Positions 10,154 to 19,337 are shown, counted from the stretch's first letter. The stretch: DNA of 64,000 bases from Bacilli bacterium (GCA_017940575.1 JAGAYJ010000015.1:17083-81082); one strand, 5' to 3'. Notes: a model not told the origin generated them from the sequence alone. Program-made: numbers and translations.

Positions 10154-10178
10154 TAAAATAGATTATACGTGATATAAT
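10150..10178 (+). promoter_or_regulatory. Consensus SigA promoter of ssrA (TTGATA, 17-nt spacer, TATAAT)
   Basis: TTGATA 10150-10155, TATAAT 10173-10178, about 12 nt upstream of tmRNA 5' GGGGCTG. Confidence 0.7.
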
Positions 10179-10190
10179 CTATTTCAAGTT

Positions 10191-10568
10191 GGGGCTGTCT
10201 TGGTTTCGACGGGTATATTTAGCTATAGATTGCAGGTCGTAGGTATACGTTAAATACAAAACAAAATAAACGCAAACAAAGTTAAAAATGCATTAGCATC
10301 AGTATTCAGAAGTAATGCTGTTGCCTTTGCCTAATCGAATTTAGGTGATGCAACTCTAATTATTTCTTTTCCTACGGGAAATTCTTAGGGTTCGATTTAG
10401 TAGGATATATTATTTAATTTCTTTGCTTAAATAATGAATTTTAAAAAGATTACTAAATAAGAGTTGTCAGCTACTAACTTATTTAGGACACTAATTAGTT
10501 GACTAAGCTTGTAGATATTTATAGTGTGGTGTATTCGGACACGAGTTCAATTCTCGTCAGCTCCACCA
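10191..10568 (+). ncRNA. ssrA: tmRNA (SsrA). The tag ORF ends ...NAVAFA-stop at 10332-10334
   Basis: tRNA-like 5' end GGGGCTGTCTTGGTTTCGACGGG, 3' end GGACACGAGTTCAATTCTCGTCAGCTCCACCA with T-arm and CCA; follows smpB; internal tag reading frame ending in a hydrophobic AFA-stop. Confidence 0.9.
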
Positions 10569-10610
10569 TTAAAGAATCCAGTTGAACTTTGGTTCAATTT
10601 ACTAATAAAT

Positions 10611-10639
10611 ATCAATTCTAGAAATGGAATTGATTTTTT
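10611..10639 (+). terminator. Intrinsic terminator downstream of ssrA
   Basis: atcaattctagaaatggaattgat hairpin followed by TTTTTT. Confidence 0.7.
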
Positions 10640-10640
10640 G

Positions 10641-10873
10641 TTGTGTAAAAGAAAGGGATGATTTAAAGCACGAGAATTATCAACTTAAATATAAAAATGA
10701 AGAATTAGAGGAACAACATAAACAAATTGAAGCTAATAATCGAAGATTTAATTTATTTAATAAAAGAGAAATGGAAAAAAGCAACTAAACATATTAATGC
10801 TGAAATGGATGAAGCTACTGAAGAATTTTATCAAACAAAAAAGGGCAAAAAAAAAGACGATTACGGAATGTAA
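10641..10873 (+). pseudogene. Frameshifted coding remnant (charged coiled-coil-like fragments ...KYKNEELEEQHKQIEANNRRF... / ...HINAEMDEATEEFYQTKKGKKKDDYGM)
   Basis: Two consecutive short reading frames with coding-like composition and no start or RBS, directly after ssrA. Confidence 0.25.
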
Positions 10874-10884
10874 TTGTCTTAATT

Positions 10885-11391
10885 TTATCCTTTTCTAGTA
10901 TTCATTGAAACAAAATCTTGAGCGATTTTTTGATATTTATTGTATGTTTCTCTGACGTTTTGTGTTTGTACTATTTCTTTTGTAAATTCATTAAATGAAT
11001 CTTTGTTTTGAACTAATTCAATTAAAAATCTCTTTTTTTCTTCATCGCTTATTTCGTTTAACTTTTCAAGATAATTTGATAGTGCTGTAGTCCAAAATGG
11101 GTCTACACTTGTTATAAAACTAATAATATCTGATAAAGAAATTTCAAATCTCTTGTCCTCAATTTTATACTCTCTACCTGTTTTTTCTTTTAATAACTCT
11201 TCTAATGCAATTCTTGTAGAATTATTATTTACATCCTTGCTTGCATTTAAATAGTTCTTAATAATATGATCGATTTGTTCCTCTTTAGAATTAAAACAAT
11301 AATTTTTCTTTAATTCTTCATACTTTGCCTCTAATTCTTCTACAGATAAGTTTTCAAACCATTTTTTTGCTACATTTGGTGCAAATGCCAT
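10885..11391 (-). CDS. Hypothetical protein (acidic, helical; no recognisable domain)
   Basis: ORF with AAAGGAG RBS 10 nt upstream of the second ATG (MAFAPNVAKKW...). Confidence 0.4.
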   Translation of the reverse strand: MAFAPNVAKKWFENLSVEELEAKYEELKKNYCFNSKEEQIDHIIKNYLNASKDVNNNSTRIALEELLKEKTGREYKIEDKRFEISLSDIISFITSVDPFWTTALSNYLEKLNEISDEEKKRFLIELVQNKDSFNEFTKEIVQTQNVRETYNKYQKIAQDFVSMNTRKG

Positions 11392-11536
11392 AAATATCAT
11401 ACTCCTTTCTTAATTATTATAACATGATTTTTGAAAAAATATATTCATTTTGTGAAACTAATGCTATAATAAAAATAGAACTGATATTTATTAGTTTGTT
11501 CTTTATAGATATAAGTGTTCAAAATAGGCTCTTGTA

Positions 11537-11585
11537 TCGCACCAATAATGAATTATTCGAACTATAAGATAGTTCGTTTTTTATT
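11537..11585 (+). repeat. 49-nt direct repeat, copy 1 (module B: tcgcaccaatRatgaattattcgaactataagatagttcgttttttatt), contains a terminator hairpin
   Basis: 48/49 identical to 13959-14007; cgaactat..atagttcg stem + T-run. Confidence 0.8.
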
Positions 11586-11798
11586 GTAAAATTTATTCAC
11601 AATAAAATACATGGTATATTTGGTGATAAAGATGATAAATATAAAGACATGGCTGATAATTTATTTATAAATGGTATTATGGATGAAAAAGAATATACTA
11701 GTGTAATTAATAAAAAAGATAAAAATCGTGATGGCTTTGAACGATAGTATAGGAGAATTGCCTAAAATATGATAAAATTATATACGAGGTGTTTTACT

Positions 11799-12917
11799 AT
11801 GAAATATGATAAAAACGAAGAAAAAGAAAAATTAGAACAAGTTAATGAAGAATTAGTAAGATTTATGAGAGATTATCCGAAAGATAAATTATCTCTTACT
11901 GCAATAGGTAATTCAATAAGTGATGGATTTTCTATGTCAGAGCCTGGAAGGTTATTATTAGATAGAAATTTAGGTTTAATTGACTTTGGAAAAAGCAAAG
12001 GATTAGATGTTCAAACATATCAATTATCAAGAAGCGAAAATAATAATGCATTAGCAGTATCTAACTGGATTATACAAAATTGTTGTGAAAAGGACTCACA
12101 TAATTGGAATATAGCCGATTATAGAAGAGCTATAGAAAATGGAAGTCCACTTTTAACTGAAGAAGAAATCAATGAATTCTTTGCAGGTGGTTCTGATAAA
12201 AAAATACAAGATGTTATATTTGACACAAATAAATCAAATGCAAATATAGTAATTCTAAATTTAGGAACAGGTTCATTTTTAGATGTTGTAACTAGACATG
12301 GTTCTTTATCTATTCCAAATATTTTTGGCTCAGTTGATAGAGATATATATGGTATAAATGCCATACTTGAATTAATACAAAATAATAATAGAAATAATAA
12401 TTCAAATACTCAAATATATTTATGTGGGGCTCCTAGAATAGTTAATACAGCACTAACTGATATGTTTATGAATTCTAAAATAAAAAAGGTTGGAGCAGCA
12501 TTTGCTAATGTTACATATGTACCATCATTTCCTAGACAAGCATTTTATAAAACACCTAGTGGAAGTATTATTCCAGATCCACATTATAATCAAGCAGAAT
12601 ATTATCATTTTCTAGCAGAAATAGAAAACAAAATAATTGATAATTATTTCATTAGAGATTTAATGATTGATTTAGACAGAATATTATTCCAAATGAGTAA
12701 TGATAATGATGTAAATGGTACAAATTATTCTAAAAATGATATAAAAGATGTTATTGATGAAATTGCTAAAAAATATGAAAGTAAAACAGGGGATTATAAC
12801 TATTTCATTGATTTTATAAAAACTTATTTAAAAGGTAGATATCCATTTGATTTTTATAGAGGCTCAACTGACAACAATATAGCAAAAGATTTGAATGATA
12901 TGAAAAGACATAAATAA
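11799..12917 (+). CDS. SGNH/GDSL-like hydrolase (divergent, block I GNSISDG)
   Basis: Block I TAIGNSISDGFS (Ser nucleophile, Asn in place of Asp), Gly/Asn blocks, block V DPHYNQAEY (D-x-H); GAGGTG RBS. Confidence 0.5.
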   Translation: MKYDKNEEKEKLEQVNEELVRFMRDYPKDKLSLTAIGNSISDGFSMSEPGRLLLDRNLGLIDFGKSKGLDVQTYQLSRSENNNALAVSNWIIQNCCEKDSHNWNIADYRRAIENGSPLLTEEEINEFFAGGSDKKIQDVIFDTNKSNANIVILNLGTGSFLDVVTRHGSLSIPNIFGSVDRDIYGINAILELIQNNNRNNNSNTQIYLCGAPRIVNTALTDMFMNSKIKKVGAAFANVTYVPSFPRQAFYKTPSGSIIPDPHYNQAEYYHFLAEIENKIIDNYFIRDLMIDLDRILFQMSNDNDVNGTNYSKNDIKDVIDEIAKKYESKTGDYNYFIDFIKTYLKGRYPFDFYRGSTDNNIAKDLNDMKRHK

Positions 12918-12929
12918 AGGGTGATGTAT

Positions 12930-13817
12930 ATGGAAAATATTAATCTATTTTGTGGAATCTCATCTTTAGGAATGCCGTTTCCTAAAGAAAACAAGGAACA
13001 TATAGGTTATTATGATATTATATTAAGTAGATTACAAAATGATGGTTTTAATGTATCAGGCTTTAATATGTCTAAATTAAATAAAAATCATACATGGGAC
13101 TTGGAAAAAGCATTAAATGAAAATGCTACTTTGGCTTCAATAAAAAATATTCAATTACAGTCAATAGATTCATTAAGGAATGCCAATATATTGTTTAAGT
13201 TAGTTGTACCTAAAAAGTTTAAAAATACAATAATCATTAATTCAAGCGACCATAAAAATACACTAAAGAATATATATATTAATTCTAGTAATCCTATTTT
13301 TCTATATCATGGTGGCCCAAATGATTTTTTTACATATATACAAGCAGGCCCCGTTGAGTTAACGGATAGAAAAGTTAGAGAAAAACTACCAAAAGATATT
13401 AAGCCTTTGATAGAACAATGTATTAGTAATGTAGAAAAAAATTGGCAATTACTTCATCAATTAAATCCAAATACTAAAGTGTATGCAATGAGTTACTATT
13501 ATTCTCCATTATATGATAAGATTCAAAAACTAATATTCCTTCAAGAAAAAATGAAAAATAAAAACACGAAATATGTTAATAAATTTATGGAAGTAATAAA
13601 TATATATAACAGAATGCTACAAGAGGCAGCAGAAAAATATGATTATGTTGAATATTGCGATATTACGTTTTTAAAGGATTATTGTGCACCTATGGATTTC
13701 CATCCTAATACAATTGGTAATAAATTAATTGCTGATATGCTTTTAAAGAAAATAGAATTACAGATTGGTAAAGAGAATCAAACAACAAATAGTAATCAAT
13801 CGTTTAGAACAAAATAG
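12930..13817 (+). CDS. SGNH/GDSL-like hydrolase (second, divergent)
   Basis: Block I FCGISSLG, block III GGPNDF, block V DFHPNTIGNKLIA (the DxxH...G..A pattern typical of SGNH); 4-nt gap from previous gene. Confidence 0.5.
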   Translation: MENINLFCGISSLGMPFPKENKEHIGYYDIILSRLQNDGFNVSGFNMSKLNKNHTWDLEKALNENATLASIKNIQLQSIDSLRNANILFKLVVPKKFKNTIIINSSDHKNTLKNIYINSSNPIFLYHGGPNDFFTYIQAGPVELTDRKVREKLPKDIKPLIEQCISNVEKNWQLLHQLNPNTKVYAMSYYYSPLYDKIQKLIFLQEKMKNKNTKYVNKFMEVINIYNRMLQEAAEKYDYVEYCDITFLKDYCAPMDFHPNTIGNKLIADMLLKKIELQIGKENQTTNSNQSFRTK

Positions 13818-13900
13818 TTAATACTTCGTTTGAAGTATTTTCTTTTTTTAGAAAAATTATCAAAGTACTTTTAATTTCTAAAATTTATGGTAAAATGAAT

Positions 13901-14007
13901 ATAGTGATTGATATCAATCAATCGTCTTTAGCGGGTGAGTTGTAAACCACTTCGTCGTTCGCACCAATGATGAATTATTCGAACTATAAGATAGTTCGTT
14001 TTTTATT
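13901..14007 (+). repeat. Modular repeat element R1 = module A + module B. Module A is the palindrome TGATTGATATCAATCA plus a conserved 52-nt core; module B is the 49-nt repeat with terminator
   Basis: Module A about 50/52 identical to 16103-16156; module B 48/49 identical to 11537-11585; preceded by extended -10 TGGTAAAAT. Confidence 0.8.
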
Positions 14008-14138
14008 ACCTGGTTTGTGGAAAAAATTATATTTAGACATCTATTTTTTTTATGGTTTCATATTAATATGCAGAAAATTCTGATATAATAATTATAAGTT
14101 AAACTTTAAATTATTCAACAAGAAAGGTTGTGCTTAAA

Positions 14139-14846
14139 GTGAATACAAATAAAAAGATTTTAGTTAGTGATTATGATCAAACATTTTATTTAAATGATGA
14201 AGATATAGAAATCAATAAAGAAGCAGTAGATAGATTTAGAAAAGAAGGTAATATATTTGTTATTGCAACAGGTAGAAGTTATTTTGATTTTCATAATAAA
14301 GTGAATATGTATAATTTTGATTATGACTATGTAATTATTAATCATGGTGCAACATTATTAGATAAAAACGATAATGTTTTTGCAAATTTTTCTATAAATG
14401 CTGATGTTATAAATAATATTAAAGAAGATTTGCAATTAGAAAAATCAATAAAAGGTTTTTGCTGTAGTAAATTAGAAAGCAGAGTTGATTTTGAACATAA
14501 TGATTTAACAAAGATAAATGTTAAATATAATACTAAAGAAGAGGCAATGACTATTAATGAAATAATAAATAATAAGTATTCTGATGATGTTAATTCTTAT
14601 TATGTTACTGAAAATTCATTAGAAATAATTTCAAATAAAACAAATAAATCAAATGCCATAAATTTATTGATAGAGAGATTAAATATATTACATGAAAATG
14701 TCTATACAATTGGTGATGGTTATAGCGATATAGAAATGATTAAAGATTTTAATGGATATTCAATGGTTAATTCAGTAGATGAATTAAAGCAAGTAGCTAT
14801 AAAGGAATATGAAAGTGTTTCTAATTTAATAGATGAAATAATATAG
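14139..14846 (+). CDS. Cof-type HAD-IIB family phosphatase
   Basis: N-terminal ILVSDYDQTF (DxD motif I), VIATGRS motif II, C-terminal TIGDGYSDIEM motif; GTG start with AAAGG RBS. Confidence 0.7.
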   Translation: MNTNKKILVSDYDQTFYLNDEDIEINKEAVDRFRKEGNIFVIATGRSYFDFHNKVNMYNFDYDYVIINHGATLLDKNDNVFANFSINADVINNIKEDLQLEKSIKGFCCSKLESRVDFEHNDLTKINVKYNTKEEAMTINEIINNKYSDDVNSYYVTENSLEIISNKTNKSNAINLLIERLNILHENVYTIGDGYSDIEMIKDFNGYSMVNSVDELKQVAIKEYESVSNLIDEII

Positions 14847-14855
14847 GTGGTAGTC

Positions 14856-16046
14856 ATGAAAAATAAAAAAATAGAAGGAAATATAATTATTGCAATAAAT
14901 GCAATGAAAAAAATAATGGTATTATTTTTAGGACCATTTTTAACTGCTTATTTTATTAAAACTTCACAAGAAAGTATTGTTGATTTATCTATATATTATA
15001 TATTTTCATATATACTACTTGCTATTGGTAGCTTTATAGTAGCAAGTATAATAAAGAATAAATTTAGAATAGGAATGTTTAGAATTGGTGTAATATTAAA
15101 TTTCTTTTATATTTTAACAATTATTATTCTAAAAGAAAATATAATAAATCATTTAGCATTAATATCAATTTTATATGGCATATCATCTAGTGTATATTGG
15201 TTTCCATATAATTTATTTGTAATTAATAAAATTGATAATGATTATAGAACTGAATATACAGTAAAATCTCAGATAGTTACATCAATTATTGGTGTATTAT
15301 GTCCTATATTGTTAGGCTCAATAATAACTGCTACTAACTATGAACTAACTGCAATTATTATTTTATTTATATCTATGATTCAAATAGTTCTTTCATTTTT
15401 GCTAACACCAGAAAAAGATAATAATCTATCAAGTTTTAATTTAAAAAACACGTGGAAGAAGTTAAAAAACAATGAACAAATAAGAAAAATGTCTATCGTA
15501 GAATTTTTTATTGGTATGAATGTAAGTGATGGAGCTTTAGAAGTATTAATGACAATATTAATATTTAATTCATTCAAAACAAATTTAAATCTTGGAATAA
15601 TTACATCAATCACAACATTACTATCAATATTATGTGTTCATTTATATGGAAAATTTTATAAATACAAAGATGATAAAAGAATTATAAATATATCAAGTAT
15701 TATTCCTGTTTTATCAGTTTTATTATTACTTATTTATAAAAATAATATTACTGTTATAATTTATAATGTATGTTATGTTATTTTTACATCATTACTTACA
15801 TTAACAAGAGAAATAAGATTATTTAATATATCAGATAGTTCTATTGTAGATAAAAATAATCAGAGTGAATTTTTTGCTATCAGAGAAGGAATATTAAATT
15901 GTGGCAGAATTGTAGGATATTTAATGCTCTTATTAGCAGGTATGAGTGGCAATCAAATTGTTTTAAATATAGTTATGATATTACTAACATTGTCAATATT
16001 AGTGACAGGTTTAAACATTAAAAAAATAGAAAAATTTGAAAAATAA
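14856..16046 (+). CDS. Polytopic membrane transporter (about 12 TM; MFS-like)
   Basis: About 12 hydrophobic segments with short loops; 9-nt gap after the HAD gene (operon); AGGTGG RBS. Confidence 0.45.
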   Translation: MKNKKIEGNIIIAINAMKKIMVLFLGPFLTAYFIKTSQESIVDLSIYYIFSYILLAIGSFIVASIIKNKFRIGMFRIGVILNFFYILTIIILKENIINHLALISILYGISSSVYWFPYNLFVINKIDNDYRTEYTVKSQIVTSIIGVLCPILLGSIITATNYELTAIIILFISMIQIVLSFLLTPEKDNNLSSFNLKNTWKKLKNNEQIRKMSIVEFFIGMNVSDGALEVLMTILIFNSFKTNLNLGIITSITTLLSILCVHLYGKFYKYKDDKRIINISSIIPVLSVLLLLIYKNNITVIIYNVCYVIFTSLLTLTREIRLFNISDSSIVDKNNQSEFFAIREGILNCGRIVGYLMLLLAGMSGNQIVLNIVMILLTLSILVTGLNIKKIEKFEK

Positions 16047-16102
16047 TTTGTGTATAAGTAATAATTTATAGAATTATTTATAAAAATGGTGTATATTTAT
16101 AT

Positions 16103-16210
16103 TAGTGATTGATATTAATCAATCGTCTTTAGCGGGTGAGTTGTAAACACTTCGTCATCTCCACCATATTTGATAATTAAAGCAATTGATTATTTGATTG
16201 CTTTTTATTT
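16103..16210 (+). repeat. Modular repeat element R2 = module A (palindrome TGATTGATATTAATCA plus conserved core) fused to a different terminator; contains ACTTCGTCATCTCCACCA, which resembles the ssrA 3' end
   Basis: Module A identity to R1; 15/18 match of 16149-16166 to the tmRNA 3' terminus TTCTCGTCAGCTCCACCA; hairpin gcaattgattatttgattgc + T-run. Confidence 0.75.
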
Positions 16211-16246
16211 ATATTAAGTGTTATACTCTTTACTAAGAGGTGAGTT

Positions 16247-16762
16247 ATGAATATACCTATTAAATATAATGATGAAATAGATGAATTTACTCTTGATTTA
16301 ACGCTTCAAATGAGACTTGAAAAATATATAAAAAAACACTTTGATGTTGGATATGCAATATCAAATATGTGTAATATATACCTACTTGGAGGAGCAATTC
16401 GTGATTTAATTGAAGCCAAGATTCCCAAAGATTTAGACTTTGTAATTGTGGGACGTGATAATATAGATTTTATAAATCTTTTATTTAAAAAACTAAATAT
16501 TAAATATACATATAATAAATTAGGCGGCTTTAAATTTAATTATAATAATACTGAGGTAGATTTATGGCTTACAGATGATTTGTTTTCAGCTATTCAATAT
16601 AATGTTGATGGATTATTTTTTAACTTAAAAGATAATTCACTTATATCATTAACTTTTGATGATTTTATAAAAAATGGACTTAAAGAAGTAAATACTGAAA
16701 ATAACATTGAAAATGGAAGAGTAAAAAAATTAATTAATTTTGATAAAAGCTTTAGGATATAA
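16247..16762 (+). CDS. Minimal nucleotidyltransferase with CCA-adding / polyA-polymerase head-domain motif (171 aa, no body domain)
   Basis: IYLLGGAIRDLIEAKIPKDLDFVIVG matches the GGxVRD...DxD signature of the PolyA_pol/CCA head domain; downstream TEVDLW corresponds to the E-V-T-T-F-R region. Confidence 0.55.
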   Translation: MNIPIKYNDEIDEFTLDLTLQMRLEKYIKKHFDVGYAISNMCNIYLLGGAIRDLIEAKIPKDLDFVIVGRDNIDFINLLFKKLNIKYTYNKLGGFKFNYNNTEVDLWLTDDLFSAIQYNVDGLFFNLKDNSLISLTFDDFIKNGLKEVNTENNIENGRVKKLINFDKSFRI

Positions 16763-16873
16763 TAATATGAAAGAAATGTTTAAAAGTGCTGTTCATTTAA
16801 TTTTAATTAAAGATGATATAATACTTGTAAAAAAATAAAGTATATTATATAATAACTGACTGAGTGTGATGGT

Positions 16874-17338
16874 ATGGAAAAATATGTATTAAGTAATATG
16901 AAGGATAAAAATTTTTCAAAAGCGGTAAGTGAAATATATTTATTAACTGATTATAATAAATTACAATATCCTGATTATTATAAATGGTTTTATCAAAAGA
17001 ATATTCCAAGAATTTTAAATGGTGAAGGTGAAGCAATATTTTATCTTGATGGATTTAATGTGGTTGGACTTTCTATGATGAAAAAAGATGAACTTGAGGA
17101 AAAAATATGTACATTACTTATAAATGAAGAATATAGAAAATTAGGTTATTCTAAACAAATATTAGAAGATTCATTTGAATATCTAGGAACTGATAAACCT
17201 TTAATTACAATACCTGAAAATAGACTTGATGAATTTAAAAGTATAATAACTGCATATGATTGGATTGAATCAGAAATAATTACTGATTATTATTCACCTG
17301 AGGTTATTTTTAATCAAAAAATTAAAAGCTTAAAATAG
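16874..17338 (+). CDS. GNAT family N-acetyltransferase
   Basis: ICTLLINEEYRKLGYSKQILE acetyl-CoA binding motif A (R/Q-x-x-G-x-G/A). Confidence 0.6.
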   Translation: MEKYVLSNMKDKNFSKAVSEIYLLTDYNKLQYPDYYKWFYQKNIPRILNGEGEAIFYLDGFNVVGLSMMKKDELEEKICTLLINEEYRKLGYSKQILEDSFEYLGTDKPLITIPENRLDEFKSIITAYDWIESEIITDYYSPEVIFNQKIKSLK

Positions 17339-17399
17339 CTTTTTTATTTACCTAAATTTTAATAAATGATATAATAGATAACTAAATGGAGGGACAACG

Positions 17400-18521
17400 A
17401 TGTATAAGTATTTTAAACAATTAGATGATCCTTTAAAACAAACACTTAAACTATCTGATTATGATAGATATTCATCTATTTATATTACAAAATATATCGA
17501 TAATGAATTGTTGAGTCAAAACCAAAAAGTATTGTGTCAATTAAAAAATATAAGTCAGTTATATAAAACAATTACAAGAGAAATTATTGATGAAAAAATA
17601 AAAAATACCGATACTAAGTGGAAAATTTTATCTATGATTTCAGATATTGATGAAGAAAAATACTATGATTTTTTAGATAAATTACAAGATGGATTGTATT
17701 CAGAAAAATTGTCATATGAAGAATTAAAAAACTCTTTAGTAAATTCAAAAAGAAAAGTTGAAGTATTAGAATATATTTTTCCAAATCAATTGTATTATAG
17801 AAATGTTTTAAATGAACTTGATAAATTTATAAAAGTATTATCTAATAAAGATATAATATATGAAAGTAAACCTGTAAGATATAAACTTCCTAATGCATGG
17901 TATATAACGAAAGATGGATTTTTATATAACACAATGGGTGCGAATGGTCATAAAGAATCAACACTTATATATCCATTTGAAAAAATTCAGTGTGATTTAA
18001 AAAATTATGATAATGAAATTAAATCATATCAAAAAGAATTGCAAAATACTTTAAAAAGAGAATATGTAACTTTAGAACAATGCAAATTTTATTTAAACTT
18101 TTATGCGAAATATCCGCAGATAGAACAAGGAAAAATATATGATAGACAAATCAATATGCTTATAATAGGAATTATTGCTGCTCATATTGATTTATATGAA
18201 GCATTTAATGAGTTTTATAAAATGGATAATCCTATGCAAGAATACTTTAAATTACTAAAATTAACCAATTTTGAAATGGATGATATGTTTGTTAAATTCC
18301 TTGGAATGTCAAAGATTGGAGTATCAGGTACTAAAACTATATGTACAACTAATACTAATGAATCATTATTTAGAGAATATATAAAAAGAGGATATGCCAT
18401 TGATTTAGTAAATCCAATTAAAGCAGTTAATAATCACATAGAAGAAATCGATTTGAGTGGTCATAAAGTAATAAAAAAAGTATTGGATAAAAGTTTTAAA
18501 ACAAGTATAAAAGAACTTTAA
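17400..18521 (+). CDS. Hypothetical protein, no recognisable domain (373 aa)
   Basis: ORF with GGAGGG RBS; first of six co-directional unknown genes. Confidence 0.45.
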   Translation: MYKYFKQLDDPLKQTLKLSDYDRYSSIYITKYIDNELLSQNQKVLCQLKNISQLYKTITREIIDEKIKNTDTKWKILSMISDIDEEKYYDFLDKLQDGLYSEKLSYEELKNSLVNSKRKVEVLEYIFPNQLYYRNVLNELDKFIKVLSNKDIIYESKPVRYKLPNAWYITKDGFLYNTMGANGHKESTLIYPFEKIQCDLKNYDNEIKSYQKELQNTLKREYVTLEQCKFYLNFYAKYPQIEQGKIYDRQINMLIIGIIAAHIDLYEAFNEFYKMDNPMQEYFKLLKLTNFEMDDMFVKFLGMSKIGVSGTKTICTTNTNESLFREYIKRGYAIDLVNPIKAVNNHIEEIDLSGHKVIKKVLDKSFKTSIKEL

Positions 18522-18566
18522 TTAGTTCTTTTTTTGTGCTATACTTTAGAAGTAGGTGATCAATCA

Positions 18567-19328
18567 ATGAATGAAATAGAAAAAGTAAAAACAAAAGAAG
18601 AATTAATTAATGAATTAAAAAAATATAAAACTATATTAAGTGTAGAAATATATGACTACCTAAATTCACTTATTGAATTAGAGTTTTCCGCACTTCGTAA
18701 TTATATATTAGATAGTGAAAAAGAAATATTATCTAATTTAGAAATATATAGACAAATAGTTATATATAATATATATAAAAGAGCTATTAATATTCTATCT
18801 AATTATGAAAGCATTTCAAAAGTAGGAAATAATGCTAATTCAGAAAATCTTAATGCTTATTATAAAGGTAGAAAAATATATCAATTTAAATATAAAGCTC
18901 TTTGCTTAGATGATATAGAAAAAATAGGTTCAATAGAAGTATTTAATACTTTTGAAAGCCCTATTCAAAGAGAAAAAGAAATGAATAGAATAATAGATAA
19001 ATTAGATAGACTTTATAATGAAAGAAATCCTTTTGGATCAAGTAAAAAAATGGCTTTTCAAGCTCATAATTGGGCTTTTACTCATCAAAATATGATTGAT
19101 AAATATGAAAGATTATTGAGTGAAATTGATTCAAAGAATGAGCTTACTGATAAAGATAAAGAACATATTCAAATATCTAATGAATTAAATATTTTATTTA
19201 TGGATGATTATGATATATCATTTGATGAATTAACAGAAAAAAGAGATATGAATGCATCGCTTATGAATAAAGAATATATTAAAAAACTGCCAGATGTTAA
19301 TTTTAAAAATAAAATTAATTATGTATAA
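18567..19328 (+). CDS. Hypothetical protein, helical, no recognisable domain
   Basis: ATG 18567 preceded by AGGTGA RBS (track ORF 18534 uses a poorer upstream start). Confidence 0.4.
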   Translation: MNEIEKVKTKEELINELKKYKTILSVEIYDYLNSLIELEFSALRNYILDSEKEILSNLEIYRQIVIYNIYKRAINILSNYESISKVGNNANSENLNAYYKGRKIYQFKYKALCLDDIEKIGSIEVFNTFESPIQREKEMNRIIDKLDRLYNERNPFGSSKKMAFQAHNWAFTHQNMIDKYERLLSEIDSKNELTDKDKEHIQISNELNILFMDDYDISFDELTEKRDMNASLMNKEYIKKLPDVNFKNKINYV

Positions 19329-19337
19329 AGGAGTACT

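Noticed and set aside
13962-14080. 38-aa ORF MMNYSNYKIVRFLLPGLWKKLYLDIYFFYGFILICRKF starting inside the 49-nt repeat (a possible leader peptide)
   Set aside because: There is no RBS. Its start codon lies within a duplicated terminator element, and the copy at 11.5 kb has a different downstream frame. It is most likely non-coding.
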